Shown here one piece after another: positions 36,161 through 44,665 of a stretch of 64,000 bases of DNA (its first letter is position 1; each line of letters begins with the position of its first letter). Source of the DNA: Escherichia phage BEU50; the sequence record OM632671.1. One strand, given 5' to 3'. A program made the translations under genes and the position numbers. Below the pieces are notes generated by a model, which ran no database searches, had not been told where the DNA came from, and saw only the letters and a list, made by a program, of their open reading frames with translations.

Positions 36161-36475
36161 ATGAAAACGTATAAAGAATTTATTGCAGAATCCGCCAACC
36201 AACGCGTTGAAGGTGGTTATATTTGGATTGAACAAGTTGAGCCACCGAGCCGCACTTCTACAGGTAAATGGAAAATTACTGTTGACGGTCCTGGTGGTAA
36301 ACGTAGGACTCTTAAAGAAATTAATGGGTACTATGAAGAAGCTCTTTCGGATGCAGGAACTTACATGATGCAAATCATGATTAAAAACCCTGAAAACCGT
36401 TTTGCAGCTAAAGTCTTCCGTCGTATTGGTAATAAACTTTATGATGCATACTCTAAAAACTTCCCTAAAGAATAA
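36161..36475 (+). CDS. internal-protein-like protein with capsid-targeting sequence
   Basis: 104 aa; begins MKTYKEFIAE. Confidence 0.6.
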   Translation: MKTYKEFIAESANQRVEGGYIWIEQVEPPSRTSTGKWKITVDGPGGKRRTLKEINGYYEEALSDAGTYMMQIMIKNPENRFAAKVFRRIGNKLYDAYSKNFPKE

Positions 36476-36500
36476 CATAAATTAAAACAATAGGAACAAA

Positions 36501-36830
36501 ATGAAAACATATCAGGAGTTTATCACTGAAGTTACATTATCTGCGGAACAGAAAGCTGCTATCGAAGAAGGTAAAAATCCCAAAGTAACATACAAAGTAA
36601 ATAGTAAAGGCGTTTTTGATGGCTTGGTTCAAGACCCTGAATTGAAAAAAGCTCTTTCTAAAACTAATGCGTACTTTGCTCCTAAATTTAACACAGCCGG
36701 TGTACTTATTGGATTGGATGTATTCAACTCTAAAGGTGTTCTATCTAATGCCTTTGGTTATGCCGCTAACAAAATTACCAAAGCCGCATGGGAATCCAAT
36801 ACCAAACAAGCTCAAAAGCCTAGAGTATAA
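36501..36830 (+). CDS. internal-protein-like protein with capsid-targeting sequence
   Basis: 109 aa; begins MKTYQEFITE. Confidence 0.6.
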   Translation: MKTYQEFITEVTLSAEQKAAIEEGKNPKVTYKVNSKGVFDGLVQDPELKKALSKTNAYFAPKFNTAGVLIGLDVFNSKGVLSNAFGYAANKITKAAWESNTKQAQKPRV

Positions 36831-37003
36831 TTCTTGCCTAATAAAGGGAAACGCAACCTCTCCTCATGAACGTCGAGTCCTCTGAGTGATGTACCTTTTC
36901 CAACCTGTAATAAGGTCGAGCGCAATGCGGTAATGGGTTTACATAGCGAGTCGAAGGACCTAACATGTGCCACGGAATGGCCCCAACCTAAAAGAGAAAC
37001 TAA

Positions 37004-37543
37004 ATGAGAACATTTTTAACTGGACCTTATCTATCCCTGATGAATGCTTTTACACACCATTCTGATGCTAGAGTAGAAGAAATTTGTAAGAACGGTTATA
37101 TCCCACCGTTTGAAGACGTACTCAAGCAGTACTGTACACTTCGTTTAGACGGCGGCAGACAATCAGGTAAATCGACCGCAGTAACTAATTTTGCTGCTAA
37201 TTGGCTGTATGACGGTGGAACAGTTATTGTTCTTTCTAATACTTCAGCTTACGCTAAAATTTCTGCAAATAACATTAAAAAGGAATTTTCTCGTTATTCT
37301 AGCGATGATATTCGATTCCGTTTATTTACTGATTCTGTTCGTAGTTTTATTGGCAATGAAGGTTCTAAATTCCGTGGATTAACGCTTTCTCGTATTCTGT
37401 ATATAATTGACGAGCCTATTAAAGCTCCTGATATGGATAAGATTTACAATGTCCACATTAAAACAGTACAGCACTGCTGCAAAAGCAAATATTGCATCGG
37501 CGGTAATGCTCGTCCTCAATTTTTTGTGATTGGAATGCAATGA
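37004..37543 (+). CDS. hypothetical P-loop NTPase
   Basis: Walker A GGRQSGKST, Walker B-like ILYIIDEP; preceded by about 165 nt without an ORF. Confidence 0.55.
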   Translation: MRTFLTGPYLSLMNAFTHHSDARVEEICKNGYIPPFEDVLKQYCTLRLDGGRQSGKSTAVTNFAANWLYDGGTVIVLSNTSAYAKISANNIKKEFSRYSSDDIRFRLFTDSVRSFIGNEGSKFRGLTLSRILYIIDEPIKAPDMDKIYNVHIKTVQHCCKSKYCIGGNARPQFFVIGMQ

Positions 37544-37848
37544 TGACCACTATTGAAGTTTTTGAGTATTGTTATAACAGCCCAGTATGCAATAAAAGGG
37601 CTCTTGTAGAAAATTATGAGATTTACCATTTTAAACCTAAACGATATCGTTTGACTAAAGGTCCGTTCGCAGGGCAGCAGGTTCTTTGTACTGCTCCTAA
37701 TGCACGGTTGATGACTAGTATTCCGCATTTCAAAATGGAATTTATTGATGGGCCATTTAAGGGATTAATCACTCAAAGTTTAATGGCGTTTAATTCCGAC
37801 CCATTTTTGATTAAAGAAAAATCTTGGATAAATTTATTTTCTAATTGA
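37540..37848 (+). CDS. hypothetical protein
   Basis: 102 aa ORF, start overlaps the upstream stop. Confidence 0.5.
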   Translation: MMTTIEVFEYCYNSPVCNKRALVENYEIYHFKPKRYRLTKGPFAGQQVLCTAPNARLMTSIPHFKMEFIDGPFKGLITQSLMAFNSDPFLIKEKSWINLFSN

Positions 37849-37854
37849 GGTTAT

Positions 37855-38217
37855 ATGAAAGCATATCAAATTCTTGAAGGTGCACATAAAGGCACTATTT
37901 ATTTTGAAGACAGTACTCAAGCCCGGATTATTGTCTCTAAGACTTTTAAAGAAGACGCTATTGTAGACCCGGAAATTTTCTACGGTTTGCATGCTCGTGA
38001 AATTGAAATTGAACATCAACCTAAAGTTAAAATTGAAGGTGGTCAACACCTGAACGTTAACGTTCTGCGTCGTGAAACTCTGGAAGATGCAGTTAAGCAT
38101 CCGGAAAAATATCCGCAGCTGACCATCCGTGTATCCGGATATGCAGTTCGCTTTAACTCTCTGACTCCGGAACAGCAGCGCGACGTTATCGCTCGTACCT
38201 TTACTGAGAGTCTATAA
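37855..38217 (+). CDS. grcA: autonomous glycyl radical cofactor (GrcA/YfiD-like; T4 Y06I-type)
   Basis: C-terminal glycyl-radical motif [29 protein letters not shown]; C-terminal about 60 aa match recalled E. coli GrcA; CTG/CGT-rich codons in 38040-38217. Confidence 0.85.
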   Translation: MKAYQILEGAHKGTIYFEDSTQARIIVSKTFKEDAIVDPEIFYGLHAREIEIEHQPKVKIEGGQHLNVNVLRRETLEDAVKHPEKYPQLTIRVSGYAVRFNSLTPEQQRDVIARTFTESL

Positions 38218-38441
38218 TGGCTAAATTGATTATAGAAGGGTCTGAAGATGTTTTAAAATGTTTTGCCGCCTGGTTTAGTTGCTCAGGCGAGCAATCATTC
38301 ATTGAAGCATTTAGAATGGGTGATATTACTGGAAACTATCCGACAACTGATATCACTGTACATGGATATGGTATTAATGAGCCTATCCAATTGGTCGAAT
38401 ATGACCTTGCCACCGATGAGGAAATTCCTTATGTCGATTGA
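38217..38441 (+). CDS. hypothetical protein
   Basis: 74 aa ORF, ATGA-coupled to the grcA stop. Confidence 0.5.
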   Translation: MAKLIIEGSEDVLKCFAAWFSCSGEQSFIEAFRMGDITGNYPTTDITVHGYGINEPIQLVEYDLATDEEIPYVD

Positions 38442-38697
38442 AGACATCAAAGGCTACAAGCCGCATACCGATGATAAAATCGGTAAAGTGAACGCTATTA
38501 AAGATGCTGAAGTCCGTCTTGGATTGATGTTTGATGCTCTGATTGAAGAAGCATATATCTTGAAAGAAAATGAAACAGAGCAACAAACCAAAGAAGATAT
38601 GGATGCAGTGCAGGCTCTTAAGTATGCTAAGCAACATCTAAAAGAAGCCAGCATGTGGGCATGTCGTGCGGTATTTCGACCTGAGGAAAAATACTAA
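38431..38697 (+). CDS. hypothetical protein
   Basis: ATG at 38431 in frame with the track ORF 38263..38697; overlaps the upstream ORF end. Confidence 0.45.
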   Translation: MSIEDIKGYKPHTDDKIGKVNAIKDAEVRLGLMFDALIEEAYILKENETEQQTKEDMDAVQALKYAKQHLKEASMWACRAVFRPEEKY

Positions 38698-38912
38698 TGG
38701 CTTCTACTATTACTGGGTTATTGGACTTCCAAGAAAAGGTCAACAAAATTTGTAGTGAATACTTAAAGTATCTTGAAGAAGACCTTGAAGATTGTAAGGA
38801 AGAAGGCGAAGAAGACTATGCTGACCAGCGTCGCCGCCAAATCGAAGAGATGAGGCATTTCGCCAATATGGTATCTAAAGAATCTTGGGCTTTAACTCCG
38901 TTTTATCAATAA
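38697..38912 (+). CDS. hypothetical acidic protein
   Basis: 71 aa ORF. Confidence 0.5.
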   Translation: MASTITGLLDFQEKVNKICSEYLKYLEEDLEDCKEEGEEDYADQRRRQIEEMRHFANMVSKESWALTPFYQ

Positions 38913-38916
38913 AGTA

Positions 38917-38946
38917 GTTTACTTCTCCTCTAGTTGTGTTACTATA
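38917..38946 (+). promoter_or_regulatory. early promoter (GTTTAC, 17 nt, TACTAT), PeSL family B, with 12-bp perfect IR whose right arm carries the regB SD
   Basis: IR ctcctctagttg ... caactagaggag flanks the -10. Confidence 0.65.
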
Positions 38947-38973
38947 GACCTGTCAACTAGAGGAGAAATCAAA

Positions 38974-39432
38974 ATGACTATCAATTCGGAAGTTTTTATC
39001 CGCCGTAATAAACTCCGTCGAATCTTTGAAACGGAGTTCCGCAAAATAAATGCCAGTATAAAAGACGCTGCAAAGTCTCTTGGACTACCAGGCTTTCATA
39101 TCAAGTATTCTCAACATCTCTTAGATCGTGCTATCCAGAGAGAAATAGATGAGAATTACGTTTTTGAATTATTTCGTAAAGTAAAAAATCATGTTAAAGA
39201 AGTTGCAGAATTTTTATCAATGCCGGCACGTCCAGATGTTGATGAAGATTTTGTCGAAGGTGTCGAATATCGCCCGGGCCGTTTAGAAATAACTGATGGA
39301 AATCTTTGGTTGGGACTTACAGTTTGTCGCGAAAATCCGGCATTCAAAATGAAGACTCTTCAATGCAGAATGGCTATTATTAACAGTAAACGACTACCAG
39401 GAAAAGCTTCTAAAGCAGTGATTAAAATCTAG
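38974..39432 (+). CDS. regB: endoribonuclease RegB
   Basis: MTINSEVFIRRNKLRR...HIKYSQHLLDRAIQREIDENYVFELF...QCRMAIINSKRLPGKASKAVIK matches recalled T4 RegB. Confidence 0.88.
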   Translation: MTINSEVFIRRNKLRRIFETEFRKINASIKDAAKSLGLPGFHIKYSQHLLDRAIQREIDENYVFELFRKVKNHVKEVAEFLSMPARPDVDEDFVEGVEYRPGRLEITDGNLWLGLTVCRENPAFKMKTLQCRMAIINSKRLPGKASKAVIKI

Positions 39433-39440
39433 AGGTAAAC

Positions 39441-39983
39441 ATGAGAAAAGCACTACTCGCTGGTCTATTTGCTCTTTCATTATCAGCACATAGCTCCGAG
39501 CATACTTTTAGTAATGTCCAACTCGATAACTTGAATTATGCTTATCAGTTTGGGGAACAGTTTTCTAAGGACGGAAAATTTAAAACGCATGAAAATATGC
39601 ATAAGAAAGGACTTGGATACATAATGGCCGCAATACTATGGCAGGAATCATCTGCCGGTATTAATCTTAAAGATAAGAAAGGTCACCATGCGTATGGAAT
39701 GTTCCAAAATTATCTACCAACAATGAGGGCAAGAATTAACCAGCTTGGTTATAATATGACTGATGCCCAAATTAAGAAAATGCTATCTAAGCGGTCTAAT
39801 TCAACCAGATGGGCTTATATCGAATTTTCTTATTGGTTAAATATACATAACGGGGATATAAGAAAAGCTATATCCTCATATAATGCGGGATGGAAGACAA
39901 GCGCTGGAAGTAAATATGCTTCTGAAGTCCTAGAAAAGGCTAATTACCTTAAATCAAATAAACTACTGGAAATAAAAGAATGA
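39441..39983 (+). CDS. predicted periplasmic lytic-transglycosylase-like protein
   Basis: N-terminal signal peptide MRKALLAGLFALSLSAHS; SLT-like motifs WQESSAG, GMFQ, SYNAGW. Confidence 0.6.
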   Translation: MRKALLAGLFALSLSAHSSEHTFSNVQLDNLNYAYQFGEQFSKDGKFKTHENMHKKGLGYIMAAILWQESSAGINLKDKKGHHAYGMFQNYLPTMRARINQLGYNMTDAQIKKMLSKRSNSTRWAYIEFSYWLNIHNGDIRKAISSYNAGWKTSAGSKYASEVLEKANYLKSNKLLEIKE

Positions 39984-40327
39984 CCAAAATGTTGGCTTTA
40001 ATAGTTGGCTTGGTTTCATTTAACGCTCTTGCTAATACTACATATACTGATGTAACGGAGTATACAAACAGAACGGCGTCTGATTATTGTGGTAAAAGTC
40101 AAGAGTGTAAAGTAGATTTTTCACAAAAATTGTTATATGCGTATAAAGACGGAGAAAAAGATGGGGCGTCTAGTAGGTTCAAGGCGTCTACCTTAATTAA
40201 AAGATACTATAAAAAATGGCAAATATTAGAATGCTCTGTGGCGGAACCTAAAGATAAGGCAGCATGCAATTCTATGGTGGACCGTCTAGTTGACTCTTAT
40301 ACTAGAGGACTTGCAGCAAGTGATTAA
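39980..40327 (+). CDS. predicted secreted protein (signal peptide, 4 Cys)
   Basis: MTKMLALIVGLVSFNALA signal-like N-terminus. Confidence 0.55.
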   Translation: MTKMLALIVGLVSFNALANTTYTDVTEYTNRTASDYCGKSQECKVDFSQKLLYAYKDGEKDGASSRFKASTLIKRYYKKWQILECSVAEPKDKAACNSMVDRLVDSYTRGLAASD

Positions 40328-40784
40328 AAACTATATCAAGGGCGATATTGTCGCCCTGTTTTCTAAAGGTAATAATATTGCTCATGGGTGTAATTGTTTT
40401 CATACAATGGGCGCCGGTGTAGCAGGCCAATTAGCAAAGGCTTATCCAAAAATTCTGGAAGCCGATAAACTTCAAACCGAATTCGGAGACAAGTCTAAAC
40501 TCGGGACTTATTCGGTTTATGAAAAATATTTTAAGACCCATAAAGCTTATTGCTTTAATCTTTATACACAGTTTGAGCCGGGACCTAATTTTGAGTACTC
40601 TGCTTTAATGAATTGTATAATAGAATTAAATGAATTCGGAAAGAATAAGATAATAAAGCCTGTAATTTATATGCCTAGAATTGGTGCAGGTATTGGTGGT
40701 GGAAACTGGGATATCATCGAAGAGATTTTAGATACGTATTCCACTAAACTAGAAATTGTGATTGTTGATTGGGAACCTAAATGA
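40320..40784 (+). CDS. macrodomain protein, TARG1/DarG-like (predicted ADP-ribose processing)
   Basis: Motifs YIKGDIVALFSKGNNIAHGCNCFHTMGAGVAGQL and MPRIGAGIGGGNWDIIEEI align with recalled human TARG1/OARD1; start uncertain (GTG 40320 after SD gagga, or TTG 40290). Confidence 0.7.
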   Translation: MIKNYIKGDIVALFSKGNNIAHGCNCFHTMGAGVAGQLAKAYPKILEADKLQTEFGDKSKLGTYSVYEKYFKTHKAYCFNLYTQFEPGPNFEYSALMNCIIELNEFGKNKIIKPVIYMPRIGAGIGGGNWDIIEEILDTYSTKLEIVIVDWEPK

Positions 40785-40963
40785 AATTAACTAAAGAAGA
40801 GAAAGCTAAATTGTTCGAACTTATCCATGACCTATTGGATGAGCAAGCAGCCACCAATGCGTATGATGAATATGCTCCTTTAACAGATGAAGAATATCAA
40901 GCATTGATGGAATCATTTGACAGGAAAGAACAAGAACTCATTGACTACGTGAATTCACTATAA
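40781..40963 (+). CDS. hypothetical acidic protein
   Basis: 60 aa ORF. Confidence 0.5.
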   Translation: MKLTKEEKAKLFELIHDLLDEQAATNAYDEYAPLTDEEYQALMESFDRKEQELIDYVNSL

Positions 40964-40972
40964 GGGGCTCTT

Positions 40973-41554
40973 ATGGCTAGTTTAATTTTTACATATGCCG
41001 CTATGAACGCCGGTAAGTCTGCTTCATTACTTACTGCCGCACATAACTATAAAGAACGTGGCATGGGTGTATTAGTTCTTAAACCGGCTATTGATACTCG
41101 TGATTCAAAAGGTGAAATAGTCTCTCGTATTGGTATTCGTCAGGATGCCAATATAATTACAAAAGACATGGATATCTTTGAATTCTATAAATGGGCTGCA
41201 GCACAAAAGGATATTCACTGTGTATTTGTTGACGAAGCTCAGTTCTTAACTACTGAAAAGGTGTATCAACTTAGTCGTATTGTTGACGTATACAATGTGC
41301 CGGTAATGGCATATGGACTACGAACAGATTTTAAAGGTAATCTATTTGAAGGTTCTCAAGCATTAATGGCTATTGCCGATAAGCTTGTTGAACTTAAAGG
41401 TGTCTGTCATTGTGGTAAAAAGGCCACAATGGTAGCTAGAGTCACGGAAGACGGACTTCCAATTACAGATGGCAGTCAAATTGAAATTGGTGATACTGAT
41501 AGATATGTGTCATTATGCCGGAAGCATTGGAATGATTTGACAGGATTGTTATAA
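40973..41554 (+). CDS. tk: thymidine kinase
   Basis: P-loop AMNAGKS; VDEAQF; C-terminal Zn-binding cysteines; 193 aa as in T4 Tk. Confidence 0.93.
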   Translation: MASLIFTYAAMNAGKSASLLTAAHNYKERGMGVLVLKPAIDTRDSKGEIVSRIGIRQDANIITKDMDIFEFYKWAAAQKDIHCVFVDEAQFLTTEKVYQLSRIVDVYNVPVMAYGLRTDFKGNLFEGSQALMAIADKLVELKGVCHCGKKATMVARVTEDGLPITDGSQIEIGDTDRYVSLCRKHWNDLTGLL

Positions 41555-41581
41555 ATACTAATATCTAACCAAGAGGTATAT

Positions 41582-41794
41582 ATGCAGCAATTAAACGAAA
41601 GACAACTTCGTAATCTTACTGTAACCCAATTGGATGAAATCCGAAGAGAATTAGGACATTCTATTTCTCATTTAAACGAGGATATCCGTCAAACTGGTTC
41701 TAAAGCTGATTATACACGCAAGCGCAAGCTGGAAAAATACCTCACAGATGTTAAGGCCGTCCAAAGGCGAAAAATAAATACTGGCCAAAATTAA
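41582..41794 (+). CDS. hypothetical protein (rI.-1 position)
   Basis: 70 aa ORF between tk and rI. Confidence 0.5.
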   Translation: MQQLNERQLRNLTVTQLDEIRRELGHSISHLNEDIRQTGSKADYTRKRKLEKYLTDVKAVQRRKINTGQN

Positions 41795-41806
41795 CAGGAG
41801 GCCTAT

Positions 41807-42109
41807 ATGGCCTTAAGAGCGATAGCTGTCATGGCGATGCTGGGGTTTTTTGCAGCAACAACTCCTATCGTTGGTACTGCATATGTTGACCCATATTTTG
41901 ATAACTTTATGGAATCAGGGATTAAAAACGTATATACTTTGTTTGAAATTCAAAATGTCGAGAATTCTGAAAAATTCTATAAGTATATGGCAAAGCATTA
42001 CAAAAATAGCCCCTGTGATGATGCATTTGAATGTCACGAACAAGGCATAAAAACTGCCAGACAATTTGCCGAGTTCATGAAAATAAAATTAGAGCCTACA
42101 TCTATCTAA
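41807..42109 (+). CDS. rI: lysis inhibition regulator RI (antiholin)
   Basis: Signal-anchor plus VDPYFDNFMESGIKNVYTLFE...SPCDDAFEC... matches recalled T4 RI. Confidence 0.85.
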   Translation: MALRAIAVMAMLGFFAATTPIVGTAYVDPYFDNFMESGIKNVYTLFEIQNVENSEKFYKYMAKHYKNSPCDDAFECHEQGIKTARQFAEFMKIKLEPTSI

Positions 42110-42115
42110 TTTACT

Positions 42116-42148
42116 AGCCCCTTCCGAAAGGTTGGGGCTTTTTGGCAT
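42116..42148 (+). terminator. rho-independent terminator (repeated element, copy 3; identical to copy 1)
   Basis: tagccccttccgaaaggttggggctttttggcat identical to 30715-30748. Confidence 0.65.
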
Positions 42149-42154
42149 CTATCA

Positions 42155-42184
42155 GTTTACTTCTCCTCAGGTTGTGTTATAGTA
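42155..42184 (+). promoter_or_regulatory. early promoter (GTTTAC, 17 nt, TATAGT), PeSL family B
   Basis: GTTTAC 42155-42160; IR tctcctc ... gaggaga with the right arm as SD. Confidence 0.6.
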
Positions 42185-42210
42185 AACCTTACTTACTAGA
42201 GGAGAACGTT

Positions 42211-42390
42211 ATGACACGTAAAGAAAAAATTTCTAAGTTAATGTTTTTGATTGAAGAGTACGCTAATGCGGTATCTGATTGGGAAAATGCTCATGGTTGC
42301 GAAGATGGAGACATCGACATTAACAGAGCTATGAAAAAGATGGCTGATGCCCACACCGAATTGCAAATGTATGTTAACGAGATTATGTGA
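42211..42390 (+). CDS. hypothetical small protein
   Basis: 59 aa from ATG after SD gaggag. Confidence 0.5.
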   Translation: MTRKEKISKLMFLIEEYANAVSDWENAHGCEDGDIDINRAMKKMADAHTELQMYVNEIM

Positions 42391-42397
42391 GGATATT

Positions 42398-42604
42398 ATG
42401 CTTTACGATTATACTGGAAAATCTGAAGACGGTGTACTTGAACTTTTACCTGAAAGCGCTGAAGATGATGATATGGTGGCGATGTTTTGTAAAAATGGCC
42501 CTGGGGATAAGGGATGGATTTATCTTCGTCAAGAAAATGACTTAATTGTTTTGGACCCTAAACAAGTTGAAGAACTTTATCAACATTTAAAACACAATCG
42601 GTAG
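42398..42604 (+). CDS. hypothetical small acidic protein
   Basis: 68 aa from ATG after SD gagga. Confidence 0.5.
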   Translation: MLYDYTGKSEDGVLELLPESAEDDDMVAMFCKNGPGDKGWIYLRQENDLIVLDPKQVEELYQHLKHNR

Positions 42605-42645
42605 TTTACAACTTGGTAGGACTATGTTATAGTAGTCCTACCAAA
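42604..42645 (+). promoter_or_regulatory. early promoter inside a 10-bp inverted repeat (PeSL family A)
   Basis: GTTTAC 42604-42609; IR ggtaggacta / tagtcctacc around TATAGT; near-copy of the 28381 element. Confidence 0.6.
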
Positions 42646-42869
42646 ACAAATGGAGAACAAAATGAAACTTTTGCTTATCGCTTATGTTGTAGTACAATAC
42701 AATTATCCGATGTTTACGTATAACATGGTAAATGGTGTAATGAATCTTATTGAAGCGAGTATGGTAAAATGACCTGTGAAATGGATCTTATTTAATTTTT
42801 ATAGAAATCAGGTTGATGCTCGTCAGAATGATTTGGTGAATTTTGTTGAAACTTTAATTGGTGAATAAT

Positions 42870-43400
42870 ATGAAAACTGTAATTGAAACGACTGAGTTGT
42901 TTGGTGATTTATGTATCGAAAAACGTGGTTATGCGTACGTTCTGACGCAAGAAGATGATGTTGTTACTATTCTTCCTATGGAACTAGACAAGATTTTGAA
43001 ACTCAATCCACCAGGTCATGCATCTGTAATTAACATTGATGAAGACCTCCAAGTTCGTTTTTATCACGGACTTTATAGTGGGGTTAATATCGAAACCGAA
43101 GACGAATGTTTTTCTATTAATAATTGGAAAACATTTGTCACTAAGGTGAAAGAATTCATGGAATCTGAAACAGCCAAAAAGGCCAAACTTCAATGGGCTA
43201 AATGCCGTAATGCTTTTATTACAAATCAGGACCGCCCTGACTATACAACAGTCCTAGGCGTTAATCCTTCTTATGAAGATGGTGATGTCGTAGTTATTCG
43301 CCAAATTGATGACCTTCGTCAACATATCATTACATTAGACAAAGATGAAGCAGTTGCTCTTAAAGCTTATCTCGATTCTATTATCCCAACTTTGAAATAA
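42870..43400 (+). CDS. hypothetical protein
   Basis: 176 aa from ATG; the track ORF starts at GTG 42858. Confidence 0.55.
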   Translation: MKTVIETTELFGDLCIEKRGYAYVLTQEDDVVTILPMELDKILKLNPPGHASVINIDEDLQVRFYHGLYSGVNIETEDECFSINNWKTFVTKVKEFMESETAKKAKLQWAKCRNAFITNQDRPDYTTVLGVNPSYEDGDVVVIRQIDDLRQHIITLDKDEAVALKAYLDSIIPTLK

Positions 43401-43409
43401 GGAATTATT

Positions 43410-43886
43410 ATGATTATCAATGAAAACTCTTGGCACTTTAAAATTTATGCCGCGTTCAATAGTACATGGAATCGTCCGAAAACGTTATGTGCTTATTTTT
43501 GGAAAACGTTTCTCCCGGTATTGGCTGCTTCAATTATTGGATTTGCGATTTTAGCAGCAGTCACAATCATTGGCCAGGAAATTTTAACTAAATTCTTTGT
43601 TTTTAGCAGTCTATGGACATTAGTTCTGGCTTCAATTGGTGTAGGCATTTTAATGGTAGCAGTCATGGCTTTTATTGCTACCGGGTTGGTAATTGGTCCG
43701 TCTTGGTTGTTAGACAAATATAACGACAGAAAATATTATAAAGAAATTGAGCTCATTGCACAAAACCAAGAACGAATTAAAAATGGACTTGAGCCTATTG
43801 AACGTAAGAAATCGATTATCGTTGAATTTTTAAAAGCTCGTAAAGCTAAAGTGTGTCCTACTCTTGAATACAAGCCAGGCAAATGA
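43410..43886 (+). CDS. hypothetical membrane protein
   Basis: Hydrophobic TM segments; 158 aa. Confidence 0.55.
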   Translation: MIINENSWHFKIYAAFNSTWNRPKTLCAYFWKTFLPVLAASIIGFAILAAVTIIGQEILTKFFVFSSLWTLVLASIGVGILMVAVMAFIATGLVIGPSWLLDKYNDRKYYKEIELIAQNQERIKNGLEPIERKKSIIVEFLKARKAKVCPTLEYKPGK

Positions 43887-44665
43887 ATTATATCAAATGT
43901 TATGATGCAATAATTCAACGAGGAAAACTTAGAGGCAGTGATAAGTCTGAGTTGAATTATTATACTGAATCCCATCACATAATCCCTTCATGTATTGGAG
44001 GGAGTGATGACCCGAGTAATAAAGTTTTATTGACTGCCAGGGAACATTTTATCGCTCATTGGTTATTATCAAAAATTCACCCAAACTCTGAAGGATTGAT
44101 TTACGCTTACTGGGCGTTCTATAATTTAGGCGAAGATGCTTTAGGACGAAATCTTAAATTAACCTCAAGAGGCTATAAAGACGTAAGGGAAAAGTTTTCA
44201 GAAATTCACTCTAATAGAATGAAAGATATATGGGAATCACAAGAATATCGTGATAAGCGTTCAGCGACCATGAGCCTCCCTGAGATAAAGGCTAAAATGT
44301 CAGATTCTCAAATAGAGGCACAGAATAGACCTGAAGTTAAAGCAAAAATATCTACTGCTATCAAAGAGGCCTTTAAGAGAGATGATGTTAAAGAACGGCA
44401 TTCAAGAGCTGTTAAAAAGGCCCTAGATAATCCAGAAACTAAAAAGAGACAGTCTGAAGCGTCTAAAGCTAGACAACGAACTGGTAAACACTGGGAAGAT
44501 TATGATATGCTTTACGAACTTTGGATTAAATTGAATCGACCTAAGCGTGGGGCTTTCGGAACCCATATTAGTAAAATGGGTTATCCTAAATCAAATTACC
44601 AACGCTTAATATTACAGTTCATTGAAGATTATGAAAGGAAAGTGAATAATGAAAACGATTGTTAA
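43883..44665 (+). mobile_element. free-standing HNH homing endonuclease (Mob-like) with C-terminal repeated DNA-binding motifs
   Basis: HNH core ESHHIIPSCIGGSDDPSNKVLLTAREHFIAHWLL; C-terminus LYELWIKLNRPK...GYP shared with the HEG at 62324. Confidence 0.8.
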
